Part shown: one piece after another, positions 19,053 through 29,144 of the stretch | How the letters are laid out: each line of letters begins with the position of its first letter | How positions within the stretch are numbered: the first letter of the stretch is position 1 | NCBI GenBank assembly: GCA_947629655.1 | Contig: CANREL010000004.1 | Span: forward strand, 13,577 to 77,576 | Length of the DNA stretch: 64,000 nucleotides | Source: an uncultured Bacilli bacterium | GTDB lineage: Bacteria; Bacillota_I; Bacilli_A; RF39; UBA660 | Direction: 5' to 3' | Notes under the pieces: generated by a model | Told to the model about the DNA's origin: nothing | The model's input: the letters and a program-made list of their open reading frames with translations, nothing else | The model's database searches: none | Position numbers and translations under genes: made by a program

Positions 19053-20474
19053 ATGGTGATGTTTTTGAAAAATATTAAAGAGTTATACGATTGTGATTAT
19101 GATTTTTTAGTAAAAGATATCAAAACTAATTCTAAAGAGGTGGAAAAAGGAGATTTATTCGTCTGTATTAAAGGTGTTAATGAAGATAGACATAACTTTA
19201 TTCAAGAAGCAATTGAAAATGGTTGTAGTGGATTAGTTGTCGAAAGAGGAAATAATTATTCAGTTCCTTTTATCAAAGTTGAGAATACTAATAGAGAATT
19301 GGGAAGATTGGCAAAGAAATTTTATGGGTATCAAGATTCTTTAAAAATAATTGGTGTAACTGGTACTGATGGGAAGACGACGACCTCTTTGTGCATTCGT
19401 GATATGCTTAATGATTGTGGCTATATTGGCACTAATGGTATAAAAGATAATGATATGGAAGTTGATACTAATAATACGACTCCAGAACTAAATTTAATCT
19501 ATAAATATCTTTCAATGTTTGAAGAGAAAAAATTAAAATATGCAAGCATGGAAGTATCTAGTGAAGGACTTTTACACAATCGTGTTCATGGCATTATGTT
19601 TGATGTTGGAATCTTGACCAATATTAGTGAAGATCATTTAAATGTTCATAAGACACTTTCTAATTATATTGATGCTAAGATAAAACTTTTCAAAAATATT
19701 AAGGAAGATGGTTATGCAATACTAAATCGTGATGATAGATTTTATGATAAGTTTAAAGAAAATTGTAAATGTAATGTTTTCAGTTATGGAAAGATGAAAG
19801 ATAGTGATTTAAAAATAGAAAATTATGTTTTATCCATAGATGGGGCGAATATTGATTTCAAATATCAAGATGATTTGTATCACGTTCATACCAGTTTAAA
19901 AGGTGAATACAACATTTATAATTTAGCGGCAGCTATTTCTTGTCTATTATGTCTCGGATTTACTTTTGAAGAGGTAATTAAAAGAGTCAACAACATAAAA
20001 AAAGTTGCGGGAAGATGTGAAATATTTAATAGTGATAATTTCCAAGTCGTTTTAGATTATGCTCATACTGAAAAGGGATTAGAGAGCATTCTAACTTTTT
20101 TAAATGCGATAAAGAAAAATAGAATTATTACAGTTACTGGTAGTGCTGGTGGTCGCGAAAAAGAAAAGCGCAAGGGCATGGGAAGAGTTGTTCAAAAACT
20201 TTCAGATTTAGTCATTTATACGATGGATGATCCACGATATGAAAAAGTTATTGATATCATTGATGAAATGAAGGACGATGATAAAAATAATTATTTAATT
20301 GTTGAAGATCGCAAACTGGCCATTATGAAAGCTTTTTCATTAGCATTAGATGATGACATAATTTTAATAGCTGGTAAAGGTCGTGATAAATACATGGCTA
20401 TTTTAGATAAATATGTCGACTATTCTGATTATGATGTCATTATGAATTTGTTATCTAAAGGTAAGACATTATGA
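19053..20474 (+). CDS. murE: UDP-N-acetylmuramoyl-L-alanyl-D-glutamate ligase MurE
   Basis: Motifs GVTGTDGKTTT, EVSSEGL and LIAGKGRD. There is a DDPR motif at the position of the DNPR substrate-specificity motif. Confidence 0.9.
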   Translation: MVMFLKNIKELYDCDYDFLVKDIKTNSKEVEKGDLFVCIKGVNEDRHNFIQEAIENGCSGLVVERGNNYSVPFIKVENTNRELGRLAKKFYGYQDSLKIIGVTGTDGKTTTSLCIRDMLNDCGYIGTNGIKDNDMEVDTNNTTPELNLIYKYLSMFEEKKLKYASMEVSSEGLLHNRVHGIMFDVGILTNISEDHLNVHKTLSNYIDAKIKLFKNIKEDGYAILNRDDRFYDKFKENCKCNVFSYGKMKDSDLKIENYVLSIDGANIDFKYQDDLYHVHTSLKGEYNIYNLAAAISCLLCLGFTFEEVIKRVNNIKKVAGRCEIFNSDNFQVVLDYAHTEKGLESILTFLNAIKKNRIITVTGSAGGREKEKRKGMGRVVQKLSDLVIYTMDDPRYEKVIDIIDEMKDDDKNNYLIVEDRKLAIMKAFSLALDDDIILIAGKGRDKYMAILDKYVDYSDYDVIMNLLSKGKTL

Positions 20475-20564
20475 TTTTTATAGTTATAAAATGATATGAG
20501 TTATGCAATTTATAATAATCATTAATAAAAATTATGTTATAATTTAATCGTTGGTGGTATTACT

Positions 20565-22130
20565 ATGTCTAAGTTTAAAAAAGTTTTTTATACAATTATT
20601 TTTGTCATATCATTGTTTCTATTAATTGGGAAAGTATATGTTGATAATATTAAACCTTTGAAACATGTCGCTATCGATGTTAATGATGAAATAACGACTG
20701 ATATATTTTTTAAACATAAATTGGGGAAAATTAATTTCGTTACAGATGTTGAAAAGATTGATACTAGTAAACTTGGAAAATATGAAGTGATAATAGAAGT
20801 CAATAGTCATAGATTTAAAACGGAATTGGAAGTAGTTGACGTAGATGCTCCTATCGTCAAAGTGAAGAATTTAAAACTCGGTTATTATGAAGATATAAGT
20901 GCAGATATGTTTGTTGAAAAAATAGAAGATGCAACTGAGTGTAGCGTTTCTTTTGAAAAAGAAATTGTTAAGAAAGTTGGAAAACAGAAAGTTGTAATTG
21001 TCGTTGTTGATGAAGCTCATAATAAAACGAAAAAAGAAGTAGAATTGGAATTAGTAAAAGTTAAAGAAGAATTGACGCTCGAAGCAGGTAGTACTTTTGA
21101 GTTAGATAGTGTTTTGTATGGTGCTGATAAGATTGAAGATAAGAAAATAATTCAAAATATTGATACTAAAAAGTTGGGTGTTCAAGATTTGAAATTGATT
21201 GTTGATGGTGATGAATACACAGTCAAAGTTACAGTTGAAGATACTAAAGCACCCGTTGTAACTATCAATAATCCAACTATTTGGTGGGATGCTAAAGGTA
21301 TTACAGTTGATAAATTTATTAAAAAAGTTACGGATGCAACGACAGTAAAAAAAGAATTGTTAACTAAAATAGATTATTCGAAAATTGGAAAACAAGATGT
21401 TAAAATTCGCGTTACTGATGAATCAGGAAACGTAACTGAAGTGACCGCTAAACTAACTATAAAAAAAGATACGACTGGTCCAACAATTCGCAATATGACA
21501 ACGATTAGTGTCGTTAGAGGAAATAGTATCAATTACATGAGTGGTGTTAGTGCCTATGATGATCACGATGGAAAAGTTAGTGTCACATATGATGCTAGTA
21601 AAGTTAATACCGGTAGTCCAGGTAGTTATACAGTGACTTATACAGCTAAAGATTCTAGTGGTAATAAAACGACTAAAAATAGAACGATTAAAATAACAGG
21701 AAATGCGACTGATGTCAAAAATAAACTTCAACCGATTGTCAGTGGTTTGAAAGCTGGAAGTCGTGCTCAAACAGCTCTTAACATTCGAAATTGGGTGGCT
21801 AAAAATATCAGTTATAAGACGAGTAATTTAAAAAGTCTATATCCTTCAGCTTGGGAAGGTATTACAACGCGTAAAGGTGATTGTTATACACATATGGCTC
21901 TTACGAAAATAATGCTTGATTTAGCAGGTATTCCTAATCAGATAATTCATACATGGACAGGTGGTCACTATTGGAATTTAATCCAACTTGAAAATAGTAG
22001 TTGGTGTCATGTCGATTCAACACCGGGAGCTAAGGTTACCGATTTAAGAGATGATGCCAGTTATGAAAAGGTAGTAAAGAAAAAAGGTTGGGATCACTCT
22101 AGCTGGCCAAAAGCAGAGTGTATTAGATAG
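20565..22130 (+). CDS. membrane-anchored protein with Ig-like repeats and a C-terminal transglutaminase-like cysteine protease core
   Basis: N-terminal TM helix, then repeated Ig-like modules (VTDESGNVTEV, YTAKDSSGNKTT). The C-terminus carries GDCYTHMA...GHYWNLI...WCHVDST, a Cys-His-Asp transglutaminase-like pattern. Confidence 0.7.
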   Translation: MSKFKKVFYTIIFVISLFLLIGKVYVDNIKPLKHVAIDVNDEITTDIFFKHKLGKINFVTDVEKIDTSKLGKYEVIIEVNSHRFKTELEVVDVDAPIVKVKNLKLGYYEDISADMFVEKIEDATECSVSFEKEIVKKVGKQKVVIVVVDEAHNKTKKEVELELVKVKEELTLEAGSTFELDSVLYGADKIEDKKIIQNIDTKKLGVQDLKLIVDGDEYTVKVTVEDTKAPVVTINNPTIWWDAKGITVDKFIKKVTDATTVKKELLTKIDYSKIGKQDVKIRVTDESGNVTEVTAKLTIKKDTTGPTIRNMTTISVVRGNSINYMSGVSAYDDHDGKVSVTYDASKVNTGSPGSYTVTYTAKDSSGNKTTKNRTIKITGNATDVKNKLQPIVSGLKAGSRAQTALNIRNWVAKNISYKTSNLKSLYPSAWEGITTRKGDCYTHMALTKIMLDLAGIPNQIIHTWTGGHYWNLIQLENSSWCHVDSTPGAKVTDLRDDASYEKVVKKKGWDHSSWPKAECIR

Positions 22131-22138
22131 GTGTCTTT

Positions 22139-23623
22139 ATGAGTTTGTTATCATTGACATTTGTTTGGTTTTGTCTATTTACTATATTGGCATATTTTAT
22201 CGTACGTAAAAAAATTCAATGGCTCATATTATTGATATCAAGTTGGATTTTTTTATTATACGATGACTTTACGATTGGGACCTTATTACAGGTTTTAATC
22301 GTATTATTTTCAAGTTATGGATTAGGAATTTTAATAAATAAACATAGAAGTAAAGCTAAAATCTTTTTAATACTTGGAATATTGATAATCATTGGACAAT
22401 TGTTCTATTTAAAATATACTAATCTCTTCATTGAGACATTGAATTACTTATTTGATTTAAAAATAGGTTTGGTCAATCGCCATTCCGTAATTGGTATTAG
22501 TTATTATTCTTTGATGATGATCGGTTACTTAGTCGATGTCTATCGTTGAGCGGTTAGAAGTGAAAAGAATATTTTAAAATTATCGTTATTCATGTCTTAT
22601 TTTCCCATTTTGACTAGTGGTCCAATCATCAAATATGAAAATATGAAAAAAGAGTTGTATCATGGACATCGCTTTCGTTTATGCAATTTGACTAATGGCT
22701 TACTAAGAGTGTTATGGGGATTATTTAAGATATTAGTAATATCTCAAAGAGCTCAAATATTTGTCGATTTTGTCTATCGCGATTTCATGAATTTTAGTGG
22801 TTTATACATCTTCTTCGCAGCATTATTATTCGTCGTTCAACTATATACGAATTTCTCGGGTTCAATCGATATCATAATGGGTGTTTCAGAAATATTAGGC
22901 ATCAAGTTACCGGAGAACTTTAAAGCACCTTTCTTTGCAACGACGATTACAGAATTTTGGCGCAATTGGCACATAACCCTAGGAGCATGGTTAAAAGATT
23001 ACATCTTCTATCCACTTTTGAAGAGTAATTTCATGCAGTCTTTGAATAAGAAATGTAAAAATATTTTTGGAAAAAAGATTAGTAAGAAAATACCACTATA
23101 TTTATCAATGTTAATCATGTGGACATTAATTGGAATATGGCATGGTGGTGCATATACTTACATAATAGGGTCAGGTTTACTTCAATTTATCTTCATCTTT
23201 TTAGAAGATGTTTTAGAACCAGTTAGTAACAAGATAAATAAGAAGTTAGGAATAAATACTGATACTTTTAGTTATCGTTTGTATCAGCGAATTAGGACCT
23301 TTTTACTATTCTCTTTTTCAATGATTTTCTTTAGAGCAGTGACCGTAAATGAGGCTTTGAGCATACTTCAAAACATGTTTGTTTGGACGTCGCTTACTGA
23401 TATTGGTGAAATCATGTCAATAGCTAACTTCATAGTGATGTTTTTAGGAATTGGGGCATTGTTAGTAGTTGAATATCTAATGAGTAGAAATATTGTCTCT
23501 TTGAAATTTAAAAATCGTCATCGCGATTATCTCTTTTTGATAATATTCATATTTGTAATTATACTATTTGGAATATATGGAGTCGGTTTTGATAAAGCAG
23601 ATTTCATTTATAATAGGTTTTAG
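22139..23623 (+). pseudogene. MBOAT-family O-acyltransferase (AlgI/DltB/PatA-like) interrupted by one in-frame TGA at 22547-22549
   Basis: ORFs 22139-22549 and 22592-23623 are in the same frame. Read through, the sequence is ...YLVDVYR*AVRSEKNILKLSLFMSYFPILTSGPII. The stop sits where this family usually has Gly after DVYR. The downstream WRNWHITLGAWLKDY catalytic His block is intact. Confidence 0.8.
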
Positions 23624-23631
23624 GTGGTAAT

Positions 23632-24681
23632 ATGAAAAAGTTTATTATGTATTTTATATTATTCATGATTTTATTTTTAGGATTTCAAAGACTAGTTCAA
23701 CCCAAATATGATGAAGATTTAGTCGAAGGATCAATGACGAGTGAATATTATGATTCTTCTAAAAATCATCAAATAATCTTTTTAGGTGATTGTGAAGTTT
23801 ATTCTAGTTACTCACCAATCGTCTTGTTCAATGAATTTGGATATACTTCTTACATAAGAGGAAATTCTCAACAGATGATTTATCAATCTTATCATTTGTT
23901 ACGTGAGACTTTACAGTATGAAATACCTAAAATAGTAGTTTTTAATGTCAATGCGCTTCGTCATGGGGAATTGGATAAAAATGAAGGGTATAATCGTTTA
24001 ATGATTGATGAAATGCGAAACTCTAAAATTAAATATGACTTAATTAATGATTCACTTACGAAAAATGAGACTATCTTTGATTACGTCTTTCCCATTTTTA
24101 GATATCACAGTCGTATTTTTGAATTGACGAAAGAAGACTTTGAATACTTTTTTAAAGATAAAACAATTACACATAATGGATATTTGATGCGCGTTGATGT
24201 CAAACCTGTTACGACGATGTACGAAGGCCTTTCTTTAGCTAATTATGACTTTTCTAAAGAAAATATGGAATACTTGGATAAGATTAGAGAATTGTGTGAA
24301 AAAAATGATATTGAATTGATTCTTGTCAAAGCACCATCTACTTATCCTTACTGGTATCCAGAATATGATGAACAAGTTGTTGAGTACTCACAAAAATATG
24401 GTTTGGAATATATAAATTTTTTGGATTTAAGAGATGAAATAGGTATTGATTACAATACGGATACATATGATGCAGGTCTACATTTGAACTTGAGTGGTGC
24501 AGAAAAGTTGACGAGGTATTTTGGTAATTATTTACAACACAATCACAATTTAGATGACATGCGTAACGATGAAGAAATAAGTCGTGAATACCATGATAAA
24601 AGTGAATATTATGTGAAAATACAAAAAGAGCAATTCAAAGAATTAAAAAAGTATGGTAAGATAGTAATGTATGGAGGATAG
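23632..24681 (+). CDS. membrane-anchored SGNH/DltD-like partner of the MBOAT acyltransferase
   Basis: N-terminal TM helix, a block-I-like FLGDCEVYSS (Cys where GDS has Ser) and a late DAGLHLN. Adjacency to the MBOAT gene is typical of two-component O-acylation systems. Confidence 0.45.
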   Translation: MKKFIMYFILFMILFLGFQRLVQPKYDEDLVEGSMTSEYYDSSKNHQIIFLGDCEVYSSYSPIVLFNEFGYTSYIRGNSQQMIYQSYHLLRETLQYEIPKIVVFNVNALRHGELDKNEGYNRLMIDEMRNSKIKYDLINDSLTKNETIFDYVFPIFRYHSRIFELTKEDFEYFFKDKTITHNGYLMRVDVKPVTTMYEGLSLANYDFSKENMEYLDKIRELCEKNDIELILVKAPSTYPYWYPEYDEQVVEYSQKYGLEYINFLDLRDEIGIDYNTDTYDAGLHLNLSGAEKLTRYFGNYLQHNHNLDDMRNDEEISREYHDKSEYYVKIQKEQFKELKKYGKIVMYGG

Positions 24682-24687
24682 AAGAGT

Positions 24688-25206
24688 ATGAAAAAAGTTT
24701 TGGTGTTGATGCTTGGTATATTATTACTTACGGGATGTGGCGCTAGTAACGCTGATGAAAATAAGGCAAAGGCTAGAGAAACAGATCGAGTTGGTTATTC
24801 TGTAACACTTAATGGTGTAGAAATGATGGTCGGTGATGAGTTTTCTAAAGTTTCTTCAAAGTTGGGTAAAGATTATCAATATCAAGAAGTAGAGACTTGT
24901 GCTTTTGAAGGAATGGATAAAATTTATACTTATCCTGATTATGAAATTTATAATTATCATGAAGATGGTGTTGAGAAAATCTATACGATTACGCTATCAA
25001 CAGAAAATGTTGCGACTGATGAAGGTATAAGAGTTGGTGATAATATTTCTGACGTCATTTCTAAATATGGTGATGATTATGAAGATGTAGCAGGTGCTTA
25101 TACATATACAAAAGGAGATACGTTGTTGACTTTTATCTTTGATGAAGAGGCAGTTACTAGTATCGAATACAAAATTCAATTAGAAGGTGTTGAAGAAGGA
25201 GAGTAG
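24688..25206 (+). CDS. lipoprotein, function unknown
   Basis: Lipobox LLLTGC. Confidence 0.65.
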   Translation: MKKVLVLMLGILLLTGCGASNADENKAKARETDRVGYSVTLNGVEMMVGDEFSKVSSKLGKDYQYQEVETCAFEGMDKIYTYPDYEIYNYHEDGVEKIYTITLSTENVATDEGIRVGDNISDVISKYGDDYEDVAGAYTYTKGDTLLTFIFDEEAVTSIEYKIQLEGVEEGE

Positions 25207-25219
25207 TCCTTCTTTTTTT
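25192..25219 (+). terminator. rho-independent terminator overlapping the stop codon
   Basis: Hairpin gaagaagga/gagtag/tccttcttt followed by a T-run. Confidence 0.6.
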
Positions 25220-25277
25220 GTCGAATAAAAGCATATTTTGTCCATTTTAATTCATACAATTAAATGGAGGATGAAAT

Positions 25278-25976
25278 ATGCTTTTTAAAATATTAGAGCT
25301 TTTTAGAAGTTTTTTCATGTTTACAGGGAGTTATTCAAATAATGTCTTCTATGATCCACTTTCTAAAGAAGAAGAAGAAAAATATATCAAATTGTTAGAG
25401 ATGGGTGATAAGGAAGCGAGAAATAAACTCATTGAGCACAATCTCAGATTAGTTGCACACATCGTAAAAAAGTTTGATAGTAAGAATGTCGATCAAGATG
25501 ATTTAATAAGTATAGGGACTATTGGTCTAATAAAAGGTGTGGATTCCTATTCTTTAAAACATGGAACGAAGATAACGACTTATTGTGCTCGGTGTATTGA
25601 AAATGAAATACTTATGTATTTTCGAAGTAATAATAAAAATGAAAAAAATATATCTTTAAATGAACCAATAGGGTTTGATAAAGAGGGAAATGAAATAACA
25701 GTCATGGATGTTTTAAAATTACCCAGTCCTGATTTTATAGAAGATATTCAAACTAAGGACAATATAAAATTATTAAAAAAATATATTAATGTTTTAAATT
25801 CTCGGGAAAAGGAAATAATAGTTAAGAGATATGGACTTGATAACAATGTGGAACAAACGCAAAAAGCCATAGCTAAAGAATTAAAAATTTCTCGAAGTTA
25901 TGTCTCAAGAATTGAAAAGAGAGCGCTAACTAAAATTTTTAGAGAATTTATTAAAGATAATAATACGAAACCATAG
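25278..25976 (+). CDS. sigK: sporulation sigma factor sigma-K (pro-protein form, uninterrupted)
   Basis: A pro-sequence is followed by YSNNVFYDPLSKEEEEKYIKLLEMGDKEARNKLIEHNLRLVAHIVKKF, which is nearly collinear with B. subtilis SigK as I recall it. Region 4 reads ISRSYVSRIEKRAL. Confidence 0.85.
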   Translation: MLFKILELFRSFFMFTGSYSNNVFYDPLSKEEEEKYIKLLEMGDKEARNKLIEHNLRLVAHIVKKFDSKNVDQDDLISIGTIGLIKGVDSYSLKHGTKITTYCARCIENEILMYFRSNNKNEKNISLNEPIGFDKEGNEITVMDVLKLPSPDFIEDIQTKDNIKLLKKYINVLNSREKEIIVKRYGLDNNVEQTQKAIAKELKISRSYVSRIEKRALTKIFREFIKDNNTKP

Positions 25977-25996
25977 AGATTATCATCTCTTTTTAT
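25975..25996 (+). terminator. rho-independent terminator
   Basis: Hairpin agagat/tatc/atctct followed by ttttatt. Confidence 0.6.
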
Positions 25997-26047
25997 TTAC
26001 AAATTTTTTAAATAATTTTATAATTAGGTTGAAAATAGGGTGGTGTA

Positions 26048-27454
26048 ATGATGAAAAGACGTCTCAAAAAAATATTTTTAACAATTGTTTTCATTCTCAG
26101 CATCATGATGTTTGCGTTAGCTATTTTTGTTAGTAATATCATCGATTTAAATGGAGATAAAGTTGTCTATTTAGCACTTGATAATGAATATCATGAAAAA
26201 GGTTTTAATATCAAATATTTAAATGATGATTCATTTGATGTAAAAATAACTGGTGATGTTGATAATACGAAAGTTGGAGAATACAAAATTAAATATGAAA
26301 CAGATGTTTTTGGCATTAAGATAAAAAATTATCGAACGGTTGAGGTTGTTGATGAAGAAGCACCAACTATTGAACTTGAAAATGGTAGCGATATAAAAAT
26401 TTGTGCTAAAGATAAATATGTCGAAGATGGTTATAAAGCTTCTGACAATTATGATGGGGATTTGACAGATAAAGTTAAAGTTACTGAAAAAGATGATGTG
26501 GTCATTTATAAAGTTTCAGATAGTAGTGGTAATTCTGTTGAAGTTAGGAGATATCTTGATAGAAATGATACTGAAAAACCAGAGTTGGTCTTAAAAGGAA
26601 ATTCTACTTATAACATAGTTGTCGGTGCAAAGTTTAATGATCCAGGGTATGATGTCAAAGATAATTGTAGTCAGGATGTCGATGTCAAAGTTGAAGGAAT
26701 AGTTGATACGAGTAAGACTGGTAGTTATGAGTTAAAGTATACTGCAGTTGATGAAAGTGGCAATGCAACTGAAGTTAAAAGACATGTTAGAGTTTATGAA
26801 AAAGAAAAATACATAAATAATACGGGTATCATTTATTTGACTTTTGATGATGGACCAACTTCTTATTCAACACCTAAGATTTTAGACATTTTAAAAAAGA
26901 AAAATATCAAGGCGACATTCTTTGTAATCAATCATGAAAGTAGTACGAATTATTTGATAAAAAGAGAATATGATGAAGGACATACAGTTGGTCTACACAG
27001 TTATACGCATAATTATAAAGAGATCTATTCATCAAAAGCTAATTTCTATAATGACATGAAAAAGATCAGTGATAAAGTTGAAGGAATAACGGGTAAGAAA
27101 TCTTTAATCATCAGGTTCCCAGGTGGTAGTAGTAATACGATTAGTAGAAAATATCAAAAGGGAATAATGACTGAACTAACTAGTGAAGTGAAGAGTTTAG
27201 GTTATCGTTATTACGATTGGAATGTCGATAGTAATGATGCGGGTGGAGCTAAAAATAGTGATGATGTCTATCGAAATGTCATCAATGGTTTAAAGCCAAA
27301 TAGAAGTAATATTGTCTTAATGCATGATTTTGCTAAAAATGATAAAACGATTGGAGCTTTGGAAGCAATTATCGATTATGGACTTGCAAATGGCTATAGA
27401 TTTGATAAAATAGATATAACGACAAGTATGATTAATCACAAAGTTAATAATTAA
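26048..27454 (+). CDS. membrane-anchored polysaccharide deacetylase (NodB domain) with N-terminal Ig-like repeats
   Basis: TM anchor and Ig-like modules (YKVSDSSGNSVEV, YTAVDESGNATEV), then NodB motifs YLTFDDGP, HSYTH, RFPGGS and LMHD. Confidence 0.85.
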   Translation: MMKRRLKKIFLTIVFILSIMMFALAIFVSNIIDLNGDKVVYLALDNEYHEKGFNIKYLNDDSFDVKITGDVDNTKVGEYKIKYETDVFGIKIKNYRTVEVVDEEAPTIELENGSDIKICAKDKYVEDGYKASDNYDGDLTDKVKVTEKDDVVIYKVSDSSGNSVEVRRYLDRNDTEKPELVLKGNSTYNIVVGAKFNDPGYDVKDNCSQDVDVKVEGIVDTSKTGSYELKYTAVDESGNATEVKRHVRVYEKEKYINNTGIIYLTFDDGPTSYSTPKILDILKKKNIKATFFVINHESSTNYLIKREYDEGHTVGLHSYTHNYKEIYSSKANFYNDMKKISDKVEGITGKKSLIIRFPGGSSNTISRKYQKGIMTELTSEVKSLGYRYYDWNVDSNDAGGAKNSDDVYRNVINGLKPNRSNIVLMHDFAKNDKTIGALEAIIDYGLANGYRFDKIDITTSMINHKVNN

Positions 27455-27465
27455 GGAGTATATAT

Positions 27466-29100
27466 ATGAAAAGTGATAAGAGAATAATAAAGTTGGGGTT
27501 TTTAATTAGTTTATTCGTGTTGTTTTTTATACCTAGTGCAGTTAAGGCAGAGGTTAATTTCAATATTAAAGGACCAGATTCTGTTACTCCTGGTAGTACT
27601 GTTGAGTATGCCATTGAACTAAAGTCTGATGAAACAGATATGATTAAAGGATTTGAAGCATCTGTCAATTTTGAAAGCAATGTTTTGACTTTAAAAAATA
27701 TCAAATTAGGTTCTGGTTGGAGTGGTAATACCGAAGGAGGTAGCTCTGGTAAAAATGTAAAATTTGAGTCTGAAGTAGGAAATACGGGAACTTTTACAGT
27801 TGCGACGTTAGTATTTAGTGTTAATACTAATGCTACTTCAAATAGTGCCTATGTGACTTTGAAAGATGCTAAATATACAATTAATGAAGCAGCAACTACA
27901 CTATCAGAGAAGACTCATAATATAAAAGTAAAATCTGGTGATAACACTCTAAGCGATTTAAAAGTAAATGGAGCAAGGGTTGAAGGATTTTCACCAACTG
28001 TTTATGAATATGAAATGTCTGTCGGTGGCGATATTGCTACTGCTAAGATAAATGCAACGACAAATTCGACAAAGGCAACTTTTAAATCAGGAAATGGTAA
28101 TAGAACCGTTAACTTGAATTATGGAAGTAATGTCATTAAGGTTGTTGTCATAAGTGAGAGTGGTATTGAAAAGACATATACTTTGAACATCACACGAGAA
28201 GATACTAGAAGTACTGATGCAACTTTGTCTTCTATCACGGTCGATGGCAAAGAAATATCTAATTTTAAGAGTACAACTTATAAATATACTATAAAAAAAT
28301 ATAAAGCGACGTCTGTTAAGATACTTGGAATTCCTGCTGATATGAAAGCGACAGTTAAAGTAGATGGTCCAGCTGAAATGGTTGTTGGAGAAAATACTTA
28401 CACAATTGTCGTTACTTCAGAAAGTGGTGCAACAGCTACATATACAGTAATTATTAACAATATCGATACAGCTATTAATAAAAAGTTAAAGACATTGTCT
28501 GTAAAAGGCTATGACATCGATTTCGATCGCAATAATAATCGTTATGAGATAATGTATAATAAGAGCAAGTTTAAAAAATTGCACATCTATTTCACGACGA
28601 TGGCAGCTAGTGATGAAGTTACAGCGGTTTTATCTCCTGACATCAATAATGATAGTGAAGCTTTGAAAAATTTAAAAGTTGGAGATGAAATAACTATCAC
28701 TGTCACGGGAATCGATGGTGAGAAGTCTGAATATACAATCGTCGTTGTCAAGGATAGTAGAATTAGTTTCTTCTTGGTTTTAGAATTATTTCTCATGGCT
28801 GTCATTGCCATTATCATCTTCATTGTCTTCATGAAGAGAAAAAATGCTAAAAATGGAAAAGGAAAGAATTATAAAACTACTAAAGTAGCTAAAAAAGAAG
28901 AAAAAGAAAAACCTGAAAAAACGACGAGAACGCGTTCCAATAGTGAAAATGCTGTTCCTATCGTTGAAGGGGAAAAACCTAAGAAGAGAAGAAGATTCTC
29001 AATTTATGAAGATGAGTATGAAGAAGTCGAAGTAGAAGTCGATGATGATGAATACTCAACGACAAAAGAGTTGACAGATGAAGAATTAAATTTAAAATAG
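27466..29100 (+). CDS. surface protein: signal peptide, cohesin-like N-domain, cadherin-like beta-sandwich repeats, C-terminal TM anchor and charged tail
   Basis: Signal peptide (VKA/E). Repeats begin DNTLSDLKVNG...YEYEMSV, DATLSSITVDG...YKYTI and KKLKTLSVKG. A TM helix lies near aa 440-465, followed by a K/E-rich tail. It is a paralog of 61700-62731. Confidence 0.6.
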   Translation: MKSDKRIIKLGFLISLFVLFFIPSAVKAEVNFNIKGPDSVTPGSTVEYAIELKSDETDMIKGFEASVNFESNVLTLKNIKLGSGWSGNTEGGSSGKNVKFESEVGNTGTFTVATLVFSVNTNATSNSAYVTLKDAKYTINEAATTLSEKTHNIKVKSGDNTLSDLKVNGARVEGFSPTVYEYEMSVGGDIATAKINATTNSTKATFKSGNGNRTVNLNYGSNVIKVVVISESGIEKTYTLNITREDTRSTDATLSSITVDGKEISNFKSTTYKYTIKKYKATSVKILGIPADMKATVKVDGPAEMVVGENTYTIVVTSESGATATYTVIINNIDTAINKKLKTLSVKGYDIDFDRNNNRYEIMYNKSKFKKLHIYFTTMAASDEVTAVLSPDINNDSEALKNLKVGDEITITVTGIDGEKSEYTIVVVKDSRISFFLVLELFLMAVIAIIIFIVFMKRKNAKNGKGKNYKTTKVAKKEEKEKPEKTTRTRSNSENAVPIVEGEKPKKRRRFSIYEDEYEEVEVEVDDDEYSTTKELTDEELNLK

Positions 29101-29130
29101 AAATAAACTTTTGTTTATTTCTATATTTTT
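29099..29130 (+). terminator. rho-independent terminator
   Basis: Hairpin agaaataaac/tttt/gtttatttct followed by a T-rich tract. Confidence 0.65.
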
Positions 29131-29144
29131 CTGGAGGTGTATCT

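Noticed and set aside
22547-22549. The in-frame TGA in the MBOAT gene as evidence of an alternative genetic code (TGA read as Trp or Gly).
   Set aside because: TGA clearly terminates several well-conserved genes at their expected C-termini, including rlmN at 4217-4219, rpe at 8246-8248, the NifS-like desulfurase gene at 10016-10018 and tadB at 44385-44387. The standard bacterial code applies.
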